Shown here piece after piece: positions 7,957 to 16,835 of a DNA stretch of 17,986 nucleotides. Position numbers and translations under genes: made by a program. Origin of the DNA: a virus (Duplodnaviria; Heunggongvirae; Uroviricota; Caudoviricetes); the IMG/VR virus record IMGVR_UViG_2667528065_000005; one strand, 5' to 3'. The notes below the pieces were generated by a model, which saw only the letters and a program-made list of their open reading frames with translations, did not search any database and was not told where the DNA came from. How positions within the stretch are numbered: position 1 is the stretch's first letter; each line of letters opens with the position of its first letter.

Positions 7957-8487
7957 TTACTGCACATCCTGCTCAAAAGGAATTATTGAAAAATCCTCAA
8001 TATCACTTTTTATGGTAATACCGGGAATATTTTTCACAGCCTCTTTTTCATTCAGAATGGCATCTTTATTTATTTCCTCCTTTACACGAATAAAGCGCTC
8101 AAGCCCCAGACGTCTCAGCAGTTCAATGACATTATCCGCCCCGCGAATGCTGACTGACGGCGGACGGTTTCGCCACTGCACCTCGCCGGTGGTGAGGTTA
8201 GCGAACTTCACCTTCCCGTTGCCGGTCAGTTCATCACGGTGCGCCTCACACCATGTCTGGATACCGGACTGCAGTTCGGCCATGCGTTTTTTCAGGCTCT
8301 CGGTGAGCGGGGCATAACGTGCAGTGATGTCGCCAATGGTGTCATTCATTTCTGTTTCAGCCCTGACCAGTTCACGTTGCGCGTCACCAAGCAGTCTGAT
8401 TCCCTCAATGACCTCTTCGCGTGTCCCCGGCACCCAGAGTGCTGCTGCGGCTTTGATACGTTTTGCCCCTTTTGTACTTTTTGCCAT
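7957..8487 (-). CDS. gam: Host-nuclease inhibitor Gam (Mu Gam-like DNA-end-binding protein)
   Basis: 176 aa. MAKSTKGAKRIKAAAALWVPGTREEV...TEMNDTIGDIT...WCEAHRDELTGNGKVKFANLTTGEVQWRNRPPSVSIRGADNVIELLRRLGLERFIRVKEEINK...GITIKSDIEDFSIIPFEQ aligns along its length with the recalled Mu Gam. Confidence 0.85.
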   Translation of the reverse strand: MAKSTKGAKRIKAAAALWVPGTREEVIEGIRLLGDAQRELVRAETEMNDTIGDITARYAPLTESLKKRMAELQSGIQTWCEAHRDELTGNGKVKFANLTTGEVQWRNRPPSVSIRGADNVIELLRRLGLERFIRVKEEINKDAILNEKEAVKNIPGITIKSDIEDFSIIPFEQDVQ

Positions 8488-8514
8488 ATTTTATGACTCC
8501 TCCTGTTGTGCTGA

Positions 8515-8784
8515 TTACCACAAAGATTCCGGCCACACGACGCGACAGCCGTGCAGTTCGAAAACGCCCTGACGGAAATGTCCCCTGTGGTCATGACCGG
8601 TATACAGATAACAGGCCTTTCCCTGCTCAAGCATGCGCATGCAATGCGCACTCCGGGAAACGCGGATGACAGGTTTGTTACCCCTGATGGTGATGCTTTG
8701 TACATCCGTGTTCGTCGCCTTAAGCGCCATAATGGCTGACTGCACTTTGCTGATTTGCTGGTTGATACCTGTGGTGGATTTCAT
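8515..8784 (-). CDS. Hypothetical phage protein (89 aa) between the MuB-like gene and gam
   Basis: ORF in operon register, 2 bp after the B-like stop. Confidence 0.45.
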   Translation of the reverse strand: MKSTTGINQQISKVQSAIMALKATNTDVQSITIRGNKPVIRVSRSAHCMRMLEQGKACYLYTGHDHRGHFRQGVFELHGCRVVWPESLW

Positions 8785-8786
8785 TA

Positions 8787-9953
8787 TTAAACCCCTTTGA
8801 CAACGTCAGCGTTGACCTGTGGAACCCCGATTTCAGCGGCCAGATTCATGGCGGCTATTACCAGGTTACTGACGGCCAGCGGATACAGCAGGCTGACCAT
8901 ATTTTTACGATGACTTCCCGGATTGCTCAGGCGGGCACGTATGGCATCCACTGCGCTGGCGTCCATAATGTCCGTCAGTTGTTTACCGGCCCGTTGCAGT
9001 TTGAACGTCAGAAACTCTTCAAGGTTATTGTCCAGAGGCAGAAGTTCGACCACCTCACAGCGCTGAACGACTTCACGGACTTCCATATTGCGTTCAGACA
9101 GTTTTGTCGCCAGTTCCGGCTGGCCAATCAGCACGATGGACAGCAGTTTTTTGAAACCGGACTCCAGCTCAAAAAAGCGTTTGAGGTGTTTCAGTGTCGG
9201 AATGGGCAGACTGTGGGCCTCCTCAATCACCAGAACGTGGCTGAACCCCGCCTGGCTGCTGTCTTTCAGGACGCGATGCAACTGGCGAAAGCGGGCGTCC
9301 TGACTGCGTCTGATGCTTTCCAGTGGTGCGATGGTACTGATAATGGCTTCGGCAATCGCTGCTGCCTTCAGGGTTTTCCCTTTCACATCGTTGTCTTCCA
9401 TAGCGATGATGTATGGCTCGATAACAATTACCGGCGCATTCTCGCGGTTGATACGTTCAGTCAGGTCGCGGCGCAGCGTGGATTTACCCGCACCGGACTC
9501 ACCGATGACGGCCATAAACCCACCATGACGGGCTGTCTGGTACAACGCCTCACGCACGTAGCGAATATCCGGGGTGGTGAACACATCATCAGAACCCTGC
9601 ATGGCTTCGTCGGCGAACGGGTCACGGAAAAGACCAAACGCTTTTTTGGTTGCTGGAAATAACACCTGTTTTTTGAGTAACATATTCTCTTCCTCACTGA
9701 GGCTCGTTTTATCTGTGGTACCCGCTGTACGGGGCGTGGCCGCGCCCTGTACAGCATCAAAACTCTTCGTTGTATCAATCCCCTGACTTTCCAGCCAGGA
9801 CGCAAGACGCCGGCGCACTTCTCCGGGGCTGGTGCGGGGCCACGCGTTATGATTCACAATCTGGGCCAGCGTGGCCTCAGAAACATCGACAGCTCTCGCC
9901 ACCACCGCCTGTGGAATACGGGCCTCTTTCAGTTGCTGCTTCAGTACCAGCAT
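8787..9953 (-). CDS. MuB-like AAA+ ATPase (transposition target/activator protein)
   Basis: Walker A GESGAGKST and Walker B HVLVIEEAH; N-terminal HTH-like region. Likely start is the ATG at 9953 with GGAGGG upstream (the longest frame extends to 9992). Immediately downstream of the transposase gene. Confidence 0.8.
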   Translation of the reverse strand: MLVLKQQLKEARIPQAVVARAVDVSEATLAQIVNHNAWPRTSPGEVRRRLASWLESQGIDTTKSFDAVQGAATPRTAGTTDKTSLSEEENMLLKKQVLFPATKKAFGLFRDPFADEAMQGSDDVFTTPDIRYVREALYQTARHGGFMAVIGESGAGKSTLRRDLTERINRENAPVIVIEPYIIAMEDNDVKGKTLKAAAIAEAIISTIAPLESIRRSQDARFRQLHRVLKDSSQAGFSHVLVIEEAHSLPIPTLKHLKRFFELESGFKKLLSIVLIGQPELATKLSERNMEVREVVQRCEVVELLPLDNNLEEFLTFKLQRAGKQLTDIMDASAVDAIRARLSNPGSHRKNMVSLLYPLAVSNLVIAAMNLAAEIGVPQVNADVVKGV

Positions 9954-9963
9954 GTTTCCCTCC

Positions 9964-11733
9964 TCAGTTGCCGTTAACAATGCTGATAACACTGCTGCGG
10001 GCCGGTGTGGTCAGCGTGGCCATGACTTCATCCAGTGCGGCTTCCGGTACGCCGTCCGGGTACTGTGCCGTTAACTGGCGGTAATGTTCCGGCGTCCAGG
10101 TAAGGCCGTCGGCGCTGAACTTATCGCGCAGGGCTTTCGCGGCCTCCACATGAGTCATGGGACGTTGTTCAGTGCGCGGCCCGCGTACGTCAGAGGCCTG
10201 ACCACGCTTCGGCATATAGGCCGGAAGTGTGGTGTCGTCGATATGTTTATACGGGTCAAGCCGCCCGCCGAACGGCAGCGCCTTCGCCTTGCGTGCGGCG
10301 GCTGCATCTGCGGCGTTGTCTGTACCGGTAACCAGCGCTTCGGTTTCTTTTGCCGCCATCTGTGCCGGGGTTTCCGGCAGGGCTTTGTAACTTTCGCCAA
10401 ATACCGCCGCGCCTTCAGCAAAGCCAAACTCGTTCTTTCTGACCTCTTCGACCAGGAAGAACGTCTCGTGGCCGTCCTCACCGGTCAGAACCACCTGTGC
10501 CACATCGCTGCGCCATGGGTTACGGGTAATCATCAGTTTTTCACCAACCAGTACGCCCGGTACCGTTGATACGTCAAATTCAGTGCCCCGGAACGAGACA
10601 CGAAGTTTTGGCGTGACTTTGCGGAGTTCTGGTGCCGCCACAGCCAGTTCACGACATACCTCAACGGAAGGCGCTTTTTTCAGCTGCTCAGCAGTAATCT
10701 TCAGCCAGATATCCGTGCGGGTTTTACCGTGGCGGCTGTGAACAGCCGTGGCGTTAAAGTGGCTGCGCCATTTCGCGGCCAGCGCGTTGAGTTCTTCCAG
10801 ACTGTGAACCGGCCGGAACTTCAGACCCGGCTCCAGCTTGCGTTCGATAATGTCACGCGCCTTTTCCACCTGTCCGGTGGCGCGGGCGTTATGCGGCTTG
10901 TGCGCTATCAGGTCAATGCCCAGTGAGCGGCACATGTTTTTCGTCATACCCGCGGTGTTTGCCGAACCGGGGTCGAGATAGAGTATTTTTGGCACGCCGT
11001 GCAGCACGTCTGCGCCGCCACGCTCCTGCATGGCGTTGATAAGCACAGAACACAGGTTCTCACCGGATTCCGCACCCGTCACATACTCAACGTAAATCCA
11101 GCCGCTGGCATGGTCGGTAATCTCGTAACTCCACACGCGGTCACTGGCGATACGGGCAAGGTTAGCGGGTTTGTTCTTGTAGAACTTCGCGCTGTCCATC
11201 ACCTGCAGCCCTTTGTGTCCATTGCTCAGGTAGTAAAGCGTGCAGAGCGAGGCATCAATCTGCCAGACATGATTGGGATGCAGACTGGCCACTTCGGTAT
11301 GCGGCGCAGGAGCATCCAGTTGTTCCGGGTGCAGGCCATAGTTACGCAGGGCACGACTGATGGCATCTTCGGACAACGGGAAAAACTCACCGGTGGTTTC
11401 ATCTGTTCTGCCTGCGGAGATAAAGCCGTTAGCCCGCAGGGTTTCCACTGCATCCGCGATGGAATAGAGACGCTTACCGTTCTTGCGGGTGGCCTCACGC
11501 AGTGTGGCAGATATCAGCGCGGCTTCGTCGCGGGTCAGGGCGCTGCGTCCGGCATCAGCGCGTTTTTTGCGTTTATCAGTCACAGAGACCTCCTTCAGCC
11601 TGCGCAGCAGAGTGGCGCGGGACATGCCAAGTTCAGCACAGGCAGCGTCGTATATTGCACCGCGTTTACCATGCCCCGCGTCACGTGCCGCGCGGGCGAC
11701 ATAAACCAGTCGTTCAGTCAGGGCAGCATTCAT
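9964..11733 (-). CDS. DDE transposase (Mu A-like / rve-fold)
   Basis: 589 aa. N-terminal HTH-like region, then candidate catalytic residues in HVWQIDAS, LYLDPGSANT and NARATGQVEK. GGAGG upstream of the start. Confidence 0.8.
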   Translation of the reverse strand: MNAALTERLVYVARAARDAGHGKRGAIYDAACAELGMSRATLLRRLKEVSVTDKRKKRADAGRSALTRDEAALISATLREATRKNGKRLYSIADAVETLRANGFISAGRTDETTGEFFPLSEDAISRALRNYGLHPEQLDAPAPHTEVASLHPNHVWQIDASLCTLYYLSNGHKGLQVMDSAKFYKNKPANLARIASDRVWSYEITDHASGWIYVEYVTGAESGENLCSVLINAMQERGGADVLHGVPKILYLDPGSANTAGMTKNMCRSLGIDLIAHKPHNARATGQVEKARDIIERKLEPGLKFRPVHSLEELNALAAKWRSHFNATAVHSRHGKTRTDIWLKITAEQLKKAPSVEVCRELAVAAPELRKVTPKLRVSFRGTEFDVSTVPGVLVGEKLMITRNPWRSDVAQVVLTGEDGHETFFLVEEVRKNEFGFAEGAAVFGESYKALPETPAQMAAKETEALVTGTDNAADAAAARKAKALPFGGRLDPYKHIDDTTLPAYMPKRGQASDVRGPRTEQRPMTHVEAAKALRDKFSADGLTWTPEHYRQLTAQYPDGVPEAALDEVMATLTTPARSSVISIVNGN

Positions 11734-11736
11734 TGG

Positions 11737-12648
11737 TTATGCCTCCAGCCCGTTAATCTGTGGCGTCGGCTCAGTCAGCCATGAAGGCGCGGCATTGCCT
11801 GTTGGCTCATCCGGCAGGTCAAATGTGGAGCGCAGGCTACGCGCTGTGCTTTCCAGTTGACAGACCAGGCCTGCCATGAAGTCTCTGGGGGTATCAATCA
11901 TGTTTTCAGCACAATATGCGCACAGCGTCTCAAAAGCGCTGGACAGTCGAACGGCGATAGCAGATTCCGCCTCAACCGCTAATGCTGTCACTTCCGCCCG
12001 CAGCTTCTTAACCTCTTCATCAGGCTCAGGCGGCTGAATACGGGATTTCTTCTCCAGTCTGGTGGAGAGTGAGTCTATTTTTTCATTTTTGTCAGCGAGT
12101 ACGCGCTGTTGTGCTGCGTTGGTTTCGCGCGCTTCGCGCAGGGCCTGACGCAATTCACGTACTGACATGCGATCAACGTCGTCAAGCGTCAGGCCGGCAA
12201 CTGTGCCGCCGTCGGCCAGTTCGGCAAGCTCTTCGTCGTCTTCTGTCATTAATTCGAAAAGTTTGGCTTTTCCCAAATGTGCCAACGTTGGCACATTTGG
12301 TTTCAGCGCCGGGGATAAGTATTTTGTCGATGCTTGCATCATTCTCACAGATGTCCGGTATGCCAGCCCCAACTCACTTTCAAGAATCTTTATAAACTCC
12401 CCGTGTGGTTCATTTTCCTTAAGGATTATCAGCCGCTTACCTGCCTCCAGCATGGCCTCAGCGCTCTGTGCCATATAAAAGCGTGCCTCATGGACAACAC
12501 GATCGCGCTCATAGGGCAGACCATCGCCGAACTGTTGCATGATTTCCATGCGATGCTGTGTCATGGCGTTTAGACTGACATTGAGATCATCCGACAGCGG
12601 TACCTCGACGTTCAGTTCAGTGCTAACCGGTGATTTGGTGCGTCCCAT
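11737..12648 (-). CDS. Hypothetical phage protein (303 aa) with a coiled-coil-like acidic central region
   Basis: Long ORF with AAGGAG upstream of the start; lies between the Ner-like genes and the transposase. Confidence 0.55.
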   Translation of the reverse strand: MGRTKSPVSTELNVEVPLSDDLNVSLNAMTQHRMEIMQQFGDGLPYERDRVVHEARFYMAQSAEAMLEAGKRLIILKENEPHGEFIKILESELGLAYRTSVRMMQASTKYLSPALKPNVPTLAHLGKAKLFELMTEDDEELAELADGGTVAGLTLDDVDRMSVRELRQALREARETNAAQQRVLADKNEKIDSLSTRLEKKSRIQPPEPDEEVKKLRAEVTALAVEAESAIAVRLSSAFETLCAYCAENMIDTPRDFMAGLVCQLESTARSLRSTFDLPDEPTGNAAPSWLTEPTPQINGLEA

Positions 12649-12658
12649 TGATTACTCC

Positions 12659-12967
12659 TTACAAACGACTACCTGAAATAACACGTTGGTTGATTTCGTT
12701 AATGCGATCCTGTGCACGTGCCATCTCGTTACTGTGGGCCATGGCGATCTGCAGCAACTGGATGCCTGGTGCGAAACGCCCGTTTTCTAGTTTCAGAGCC
12801 AACCCTTCTTCAATGAGCGTGTTAAGTGCCCGGTTGATGTTTGCCGGTGATTCGTGCAGTGCAACCGCTAGTTCCCCGTTAGAAACACCGTTCAAAGCGT
12901 GGCCACGTAAGGCCTTAAGAACGCGCAAAATACGGGTACCTGAGCTTGATGTATTTGGTTTATTCAT
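12659..12967 (-). CDS. Winged-helix/HTH DNA-binding protein (102 aa)
   Basis: GTRILRVLKALRGHALNGVSNGELAVALHESPANINRALNTLIEEGLA resembles an HTH of the IclR/MarR type. 4-bp overlap with the upstream gene. Confidence 0.5.
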   Translation of the reverse strand: MNKPNTSSSGTRILRVLKALRGHALNGVSNGELAVALHESPANINRALNTLIEEGLALKLENGRFAPGIQLLQIAMAHSNEMARAQDRINEINQRVISGSRL

Positions 12968-13188
12968 GACGCCTCCTTAAGGATACCGGGGGTAACTTCT
13001 TTACCTATTGCAACCGATAGATCTCGCAAAATCCGATAAGTCAAACGACCGCGAGGTAGTTCACTTTTACCAGCCCAGCGACTGACTGCCTGGGTGACTG
13101 TTCGTGGTTCATAGCCCGCGTTAAGCGCGAACTGGCGCAAGCTACTGCCTCGTTCAACCAGCCGTGCCCGAACTTGTTGTTTGTTCAT
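12964..13188 (-). CDS. ner: Ner-like DNA-binding protein (Ner/Nlp family)
   Basis: VRARLVERGSSLRQFALNAGYEPRTVTQAVSRWAGKSE matches the recalled Mu Ner pattern (ADVIAGLKKRKLSLSALSRQFGYAPTTLANALERHWPKGE). Divergent from the repressor gene. Confidence 0.65.
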   Translation of the reverse strand: MNKQQVRARLVERGSSLRQFALNAGYEPRTVTQAVSRWAGKSELPRGRLTYRILRDLSVAIGKEVTPGILKEAS

Positions 13189-13276
13189 ATGCACCGTGTT
13201 CCTGTTAGGTTATGATGTACTCTATTGGGTCTATTGTACACACCCAAATGAGTGTGTCAAATTGAGATATGTTCAA
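13189..13276. promoter_or_regulatory. Divergent ner / repressor control region with candidate operators
   Basis: 88-bp gap between divergent genes. Contains inverted repeat ACACAC-N8-GTGTGT (13238-13257) and direct repeat tctattg x2 (13221-13236). Confidence 0.4.
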
Positions 13277-13684
13277 ATGAGTACAAAAGAGAGATTGCGT
13301 GAAGTGATGGATGCTAATGGCATGACAATAAAGGCATTATCTAACTTATCAAAAATTCCATATCGCTCACTTCAAAACTATTTGCGTGGAGAGAGAGAAC
13401 CAAACGCAGAGGCTCTTGTTGCGCTAAGCACCCATTTGGGTGTATCGATCGATTGGCTACTTACCGGTAAAGAACATATTCCATCTAAAGAAATTGTTGC
13501 TGTACCAACACAACATCAATTCAGCCCGTCAGACCTTAAAATGCTTGAACTTCTAAACCAGTTAGATCCTGAGGTTCGGCGAGATCTCATGCGAGGCGCT
13601 GAAGAAAAACAGCGTGTGATTGAGATGGAAAAACAACTGAAGGAATTATCCGCAACGATTGAGCGGTTAAAAAATGTGGGTTAA
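13277..13684 (+). CDS. XRE-family (Cro/CI-type HTH) phage repressor with C-terminal coiled-coil
   Basis: MSTKERLREVMDANGMTIKALSNLSKIPYRSLQNYLRGEREPNAEALVALSTHLGVSIDWLLTG is a typical XRE HTH. Divergent from the early operon. The ORF track's longer frame starts at 13181, but that would overlap ner. Confidence 0.65.
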   Translation: MSTKERLREVMDANGMTIKALSNLSKIPYRSLQNYLRGEREPNAEALVALSTHLGVSIDWLLTGKEHIPSKEIVAVPTQHQFSPSDLKMLELLNQLDPEVRRDLMRGAEEKQRVIEMEKQLKELSATIERLKNVG

Positions 13685-13754
13685 TGTGTTCCTAACGAGA
13701 ACATATAGCAGAAATTATTTGCCATTAAGCAATAAAAAATAAGGTGGATAGCTA

Positions 13755-14762
13755 ATGTCTGAGCAGACCATTGAAGTTAAACACGTTGTAGTTCACATTT
13801 TAGACAAACAACAAAATGGAGACGCTTCTGAGAGATTGAGTCCTGAAGAAGGTCTAGTTACTGAAGCCTCCCAGCGCCTTATAAACGATATTTGTGCAAA
13901 ATATGCAGGACGCACAGGTAAAGGTTATGGCTATTTTGAAGGCGATACGGATAACTATCCTATGGAACGAATGGCTGGGGACTTTCTCGAAGGTGTTGAT
14001 GATTTCTACCAAAGTTCCTGCCGAATGATGCATCACCTGACGGAACGTTCTCAGCGAGAAAACATGGCTACTGGTGGTTATGTTCTTTTTGCAAATATCG
14101 TGATAGGACACAATGAACACCTGTTGATAGCTATTGTAAGCGCTACCATTGGATCCACTGTCACAGATGATTTTAACATCCAAGATAGTACCTATCTTGA
14201 TATTGCTAAGCTGCGTATGGCTGGGCGCATTGACTTAACCGCGTGGGAAAGTGGCGCAGAGCGCTATATCAGTTTTCTTAAGGGGCAAGGTAATGTTTCA
14301 AACTATTTTAAACAGTTCCTCGGCTGTAATGATGTCTTAATCGCCAAACGAGAGTCTGAAAAGTTACGTGACGTTTTAAAAGCATTTGCGGCAGAGAAAG
14401 GACTTGACGGCGCTGAAAAAGATGCATTTCTTAAGAGTGCGTTTGAACACTTACATGCACTAAGTAAGGCTGGTGAACCACTTAGTCTTGAAACCCTTGT
14501 TAATGCCATTTGGCCCCAGGCTCCCGAGGAGTTATCTGGTAAACTTGCTGCTGAAGAGTTGGAGTTATCGGATGGCTTCGTTCCTGATGGTCGAGTCATT
14601 CGGGCTCTGGTATCTTTTAAAGGCAAGTCTAAATATTGGGAACTTAAGTTTGACCGGGAAGGGAAAACTGAAGGCTATATTGATTATGATCCGGAAACAA
14701 ATATTATCACCCTACGTAATGTACCTGAAGAATTTAGGGAAATGTGGATGACTGAGGTTTAA
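13755..14762 (+). CDS. Divergent YejK/NdpA-family nucleoid-associated protein homolog (335 aa), prophage cargo
   Basis: Shared blocks with recalled E. coli YejK along the whole length: GGYVLFANIVIGHNEHLLIAIV, YLDIAKLRMAGRIDLTAWE, YISFLKGQ, YFKQFLGCNDVLIAKRE...AEKGLDGAEKDAF, ITLRNVPEEFRE. AAGGTGG Shine-Dalgarno before the ATG. Confidence 0.65.
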   Translation: MSEQTIEVKHVVVHILDKQQNGDASERLSPEEGLVTEASQRLINDICAKYAGRTGKGYGYFEGDTDNYPMERMAGDFLEGVDDFYQSSCRMMHHLTERSQRENMATGGYVLFANIVIGHNEHLLIAIVSATIGSTVTDDFNIQDSTYLDIAKLRMAGRIDLTAWESGAERYISFLKGQGNVSNYFKQFLGCNDVLIAKRESEKLRDVLKAFAAEKGLDGAEKDAFLKSAFEHLHALSKAGEPLSLETLVNAIWPQAPEELSGKLAAEELELSDGFVPDGRVIRALVSFKGKSKYWELKFDREGKTEGYIDYDPETNIITLRNVPEEFREMWMTEV

Positions 14763-14764
14763 TC

Positions 14765-15970
14765 GTGGCGATTTCATTTGAGATGCTGACAGATCTGTAT
14801 CGTCGTATGGAATTCCAAGAGGGGTTTCGTGTCGGTTCGCTGTTGCTCTTAGATCAGTCCGATTGTGATCTGGTTGATACTTTGCTTGATGATCCTCGTG
14901 AATATGGTCTTTCTATTGATACAGGCACTATCGCTCCAGGTAACACGATCATCCTACGTGTGACGTCACCACGGAGTGGACTGGGACTTGTGTTTTCCAC
15001 CCATGAAAAATTGCTAAATGCTCCAAAGCATCAGTGCCTTGAGCCAGCTAATTACTTCATCCTAGAAACAAAGTTTCGTAATGATGATGAAGATATCCCC
15101 GTTTTCATCAGCAACTACCGGAAGATTCTCGAGTTCGTTAACCTGCTAAAAGAGGCCGCGGCCTACTTTGATAACTCAACTTGTCAGTTAGTTTTTCTGA
15201 AAAAAGAAGTTATCAAGCTATTACCGCACTTCGCTGCAGAAAATGTACAAAATTTGCAAAGAGAGTATCTTGATAACCTTATAGCTTGTTTCAATGATGA
15301 TACCCATAAGGATCAGAAGCTAGATATTCTGATTGAAAGTATCCAAGCAGTTAGTGATGGAATTGATTCACCTCTAGTATTCGCTTATTTACTGGACAAT
15401 ATTCAGCGTCTGCATGAAAAGTTTCTGAAAGGGTATCGTATCTACTCTTCTGGATTCTCTTATGACAAAGTAATGGATCAACTGCGTGCTGCAAAAGTCG
15501 AAGAAATGGGTAAAATCCACAAAGCGTTTTCAGATATCCAGAACCATATACTTGGCATTCCTGTTGCCTCTGTTATCGTAGCTACCCAATTCAAAGTGGC
15601 TACGAAATGGTCAGGCCAAGGGATAACAAACACAATAATTCTTCTGGGATGCATTTTTGCTGCAACGTTAATCTGGCTGGCACTTTCGAACCAGATGCAA
15701 TCTATAAAGGCCTTAGGCGAAGAAATTGAATACAAAGAAAAACAGATTAATAAGGAATATTCCTTCATTAAAGATGACGTGGCTGGTGTATTTAGCAGTA
15801 TTTCTGCGCGACTAGACACGCAGAAACGTACGTTCTGGATTATACGTGGTGTTCTAGTTATGGGAATTATTACCGCTATCACTGTTTATTTTTGGTACAC
15901 AAAACCAGCCCTTGACTTCATGCAGTACTTGATTCACTGCATGAAGTCTTACTATTCGGTCAAAAGTTGA
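14765..15970 (+). CDS. Hypothetical 401-aa protein: soluble N-terminal region plus two or three C-terminal transmembrane helices; coupled to the YejK-like gene
   Basis: GTG start 2 bp after the upstream stop with GAGGT upstream (an alternative ATG lies at 14783). Hydrophobic helices TNTIILLGCIFAATLIWLAL and FWIIRGVLVMGIITAITVYFWY. No family recognised. Confidence 0.6.
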   Translation: MAISFEMLTDLYRRMEFQEGFRVGSLLLLDQSDCDLVDTLLDDPREYGLSIDTGTIAPGNTIILRVTSPRSGLGLVFSTHEKLLNAPKHQCLEPANYFILETKFRNDDEDIPVFISNYRKILEFVNLLKEAAAYFDNSTCQLVFLKKEVIKLLPHFAAENVQNLQREYLDNLIACFNDDTHKDQKLDILIESIQAVSDGIDSPLVFAYLLDNIQRLHEKFLKGYRIYSSGFSYDKVMDQLRAAKVEEMGKIHKAFSDIQNHILGIPVASVIVATQFKVATKWSGQGITNTIILLGCIFAATLIWLALSNQMQSIKALGEEIEYKEKQINKEYSFIKDDVAGVFSSISARLDTQKRTFWIIRGVLVMGIITAITVYFWYTKPALDFMQYLIHCMKSYYSVKS

Positions 15971-16730
15971 GGATAATGAGTTCCTTCTTGCGACTGGATT
16001 TGCCAGTGATCTTGAGGTTGTAGCTGATATCAACCGACTGAATATTTAGACCGTTGAATGCCTGCCGCATTTCCGGGATATCGTTCACCGATATAATCAT
16101 CTTCCCTTTGATCCTGCGTGCTAAATCTGCCATATGATCATAATTTTCTAGTCCGAACTCCACACCATAACCTTCCGTTCCCCAGTATGGAGGGTCACAG
16201 TAGAACAACGTATGCGGGCGATCATATCGTTCTATGCACTGTTGCCAGTCCATGTGTTCTATGACCGTTCTGGAAAGCCGCAGGTGTGCCGCTGACAGTT
16301 CTTCTTCAATACGCAGCAGGTTGAAGCGTGGCGGGGATATGGTGGAGGTACCAAAGCTGTGCTCCGCCACCTTGCCTCCAAACGCCTGCTTCTGAAGGTA
16401 GTAGAACCGTGCTGCACGCTGGATATCCGTCAGTGTTTCTTCCGGGGTGATCTGCAGCCATTTGTAGATCTGCCGGCTGACCAGCGCCCATTTGAACTGG
16501 CGTACAAATTCTTCCAGATGATGTTTTACCACCCGATACAGGTTCACCAGTTCACCGTTGATATCATTAATGACTTCGATCTTGCCGGGTACCTTAAGAA
16601 AATAGAGCGCTGCTGCCCCACAAAACGGCTCCACATAACATTCATGCGCCGGAAACAGCGGCAGGATGTGTTTTGCAAGGCGGCGTTTGCCACCAATCCA
16701 TGGAACGATGGGTAATGTCTGCATTTTCAT
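15960..16730 (-). CDS. Dam-type N6-adenine DNA methyltransferase (D12 class)
   Basis: 256 aa with FCGAAALYF (AdoMet-binding region) and the catalytic DPPY motif. Convergent with, and overlapping by 11 bp, the 3' end of the 401-aa gene. Confidence 0.8.
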   Translation of the reverse strand: MKMQTLPIVPWIGGKRRLAKHILPLFPAHECYVEPFCGAAALYFLKVPGKIEVINDINGELVNLYRVVKHHLEEFVRQFKWALVSRQIYKWLQITPEETLTDIQRAARFYYLQKQAFGGKVAEHSFGTSTISPPRFNLLRIEEELSAAHLRLSRTVIEHMDWQQCIERYDRPHTLFYCDPPYWGTEGYGVEFGLENYDHMADLARRIKGKMIISVNDIPEMRQAFNGLNIQSVDISYNLKITGKSSRKKELIILNF

Positions 16731-16772
16731 AATCTGTAAGCCTTTTACAATTATAAAAAATATGGCAGGCTA

Positions 16773-16794
16773 GTCTGGTCTCGCGAGACTGACT
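16773..16794. promoter_or_regulatory. About 22-bp imperfect palindrome with a perfect 12-bp core GTCTCGCGAGAC; candidate operator or activator site
   Basis: Read directly: agtctg-GTCTCGCGAGAC-tgact, core at 16778-16789. Lies about 48 bp upstream of the dam start and about 190 bp upstream of the first lysis gene. Confidence 0.35.
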
Positions 16795-16835
16795 GAACCT
16801 CGGTCGGCTCACAGCGCATTCCTGTGGGGCGATGG

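Noticed and set aside
8910-9662. 250-aa plus-strand ORF
   Set aside because: Antisense within the MuB-like ATPase gene, which has clear Walker motifs.
10999-11784. 261-aa plus-strand ORF
   Set aside because: Antisense within the transposase gene.
13755-14762. Chromosomal yejK housekeeping gene
   Set aside because: It sits inside the prophage immediately downstream of the repressor, is clearly diverged and AT-rich, and is coupled to a membrane-protein gene; more likely phage cargo than the host gene.
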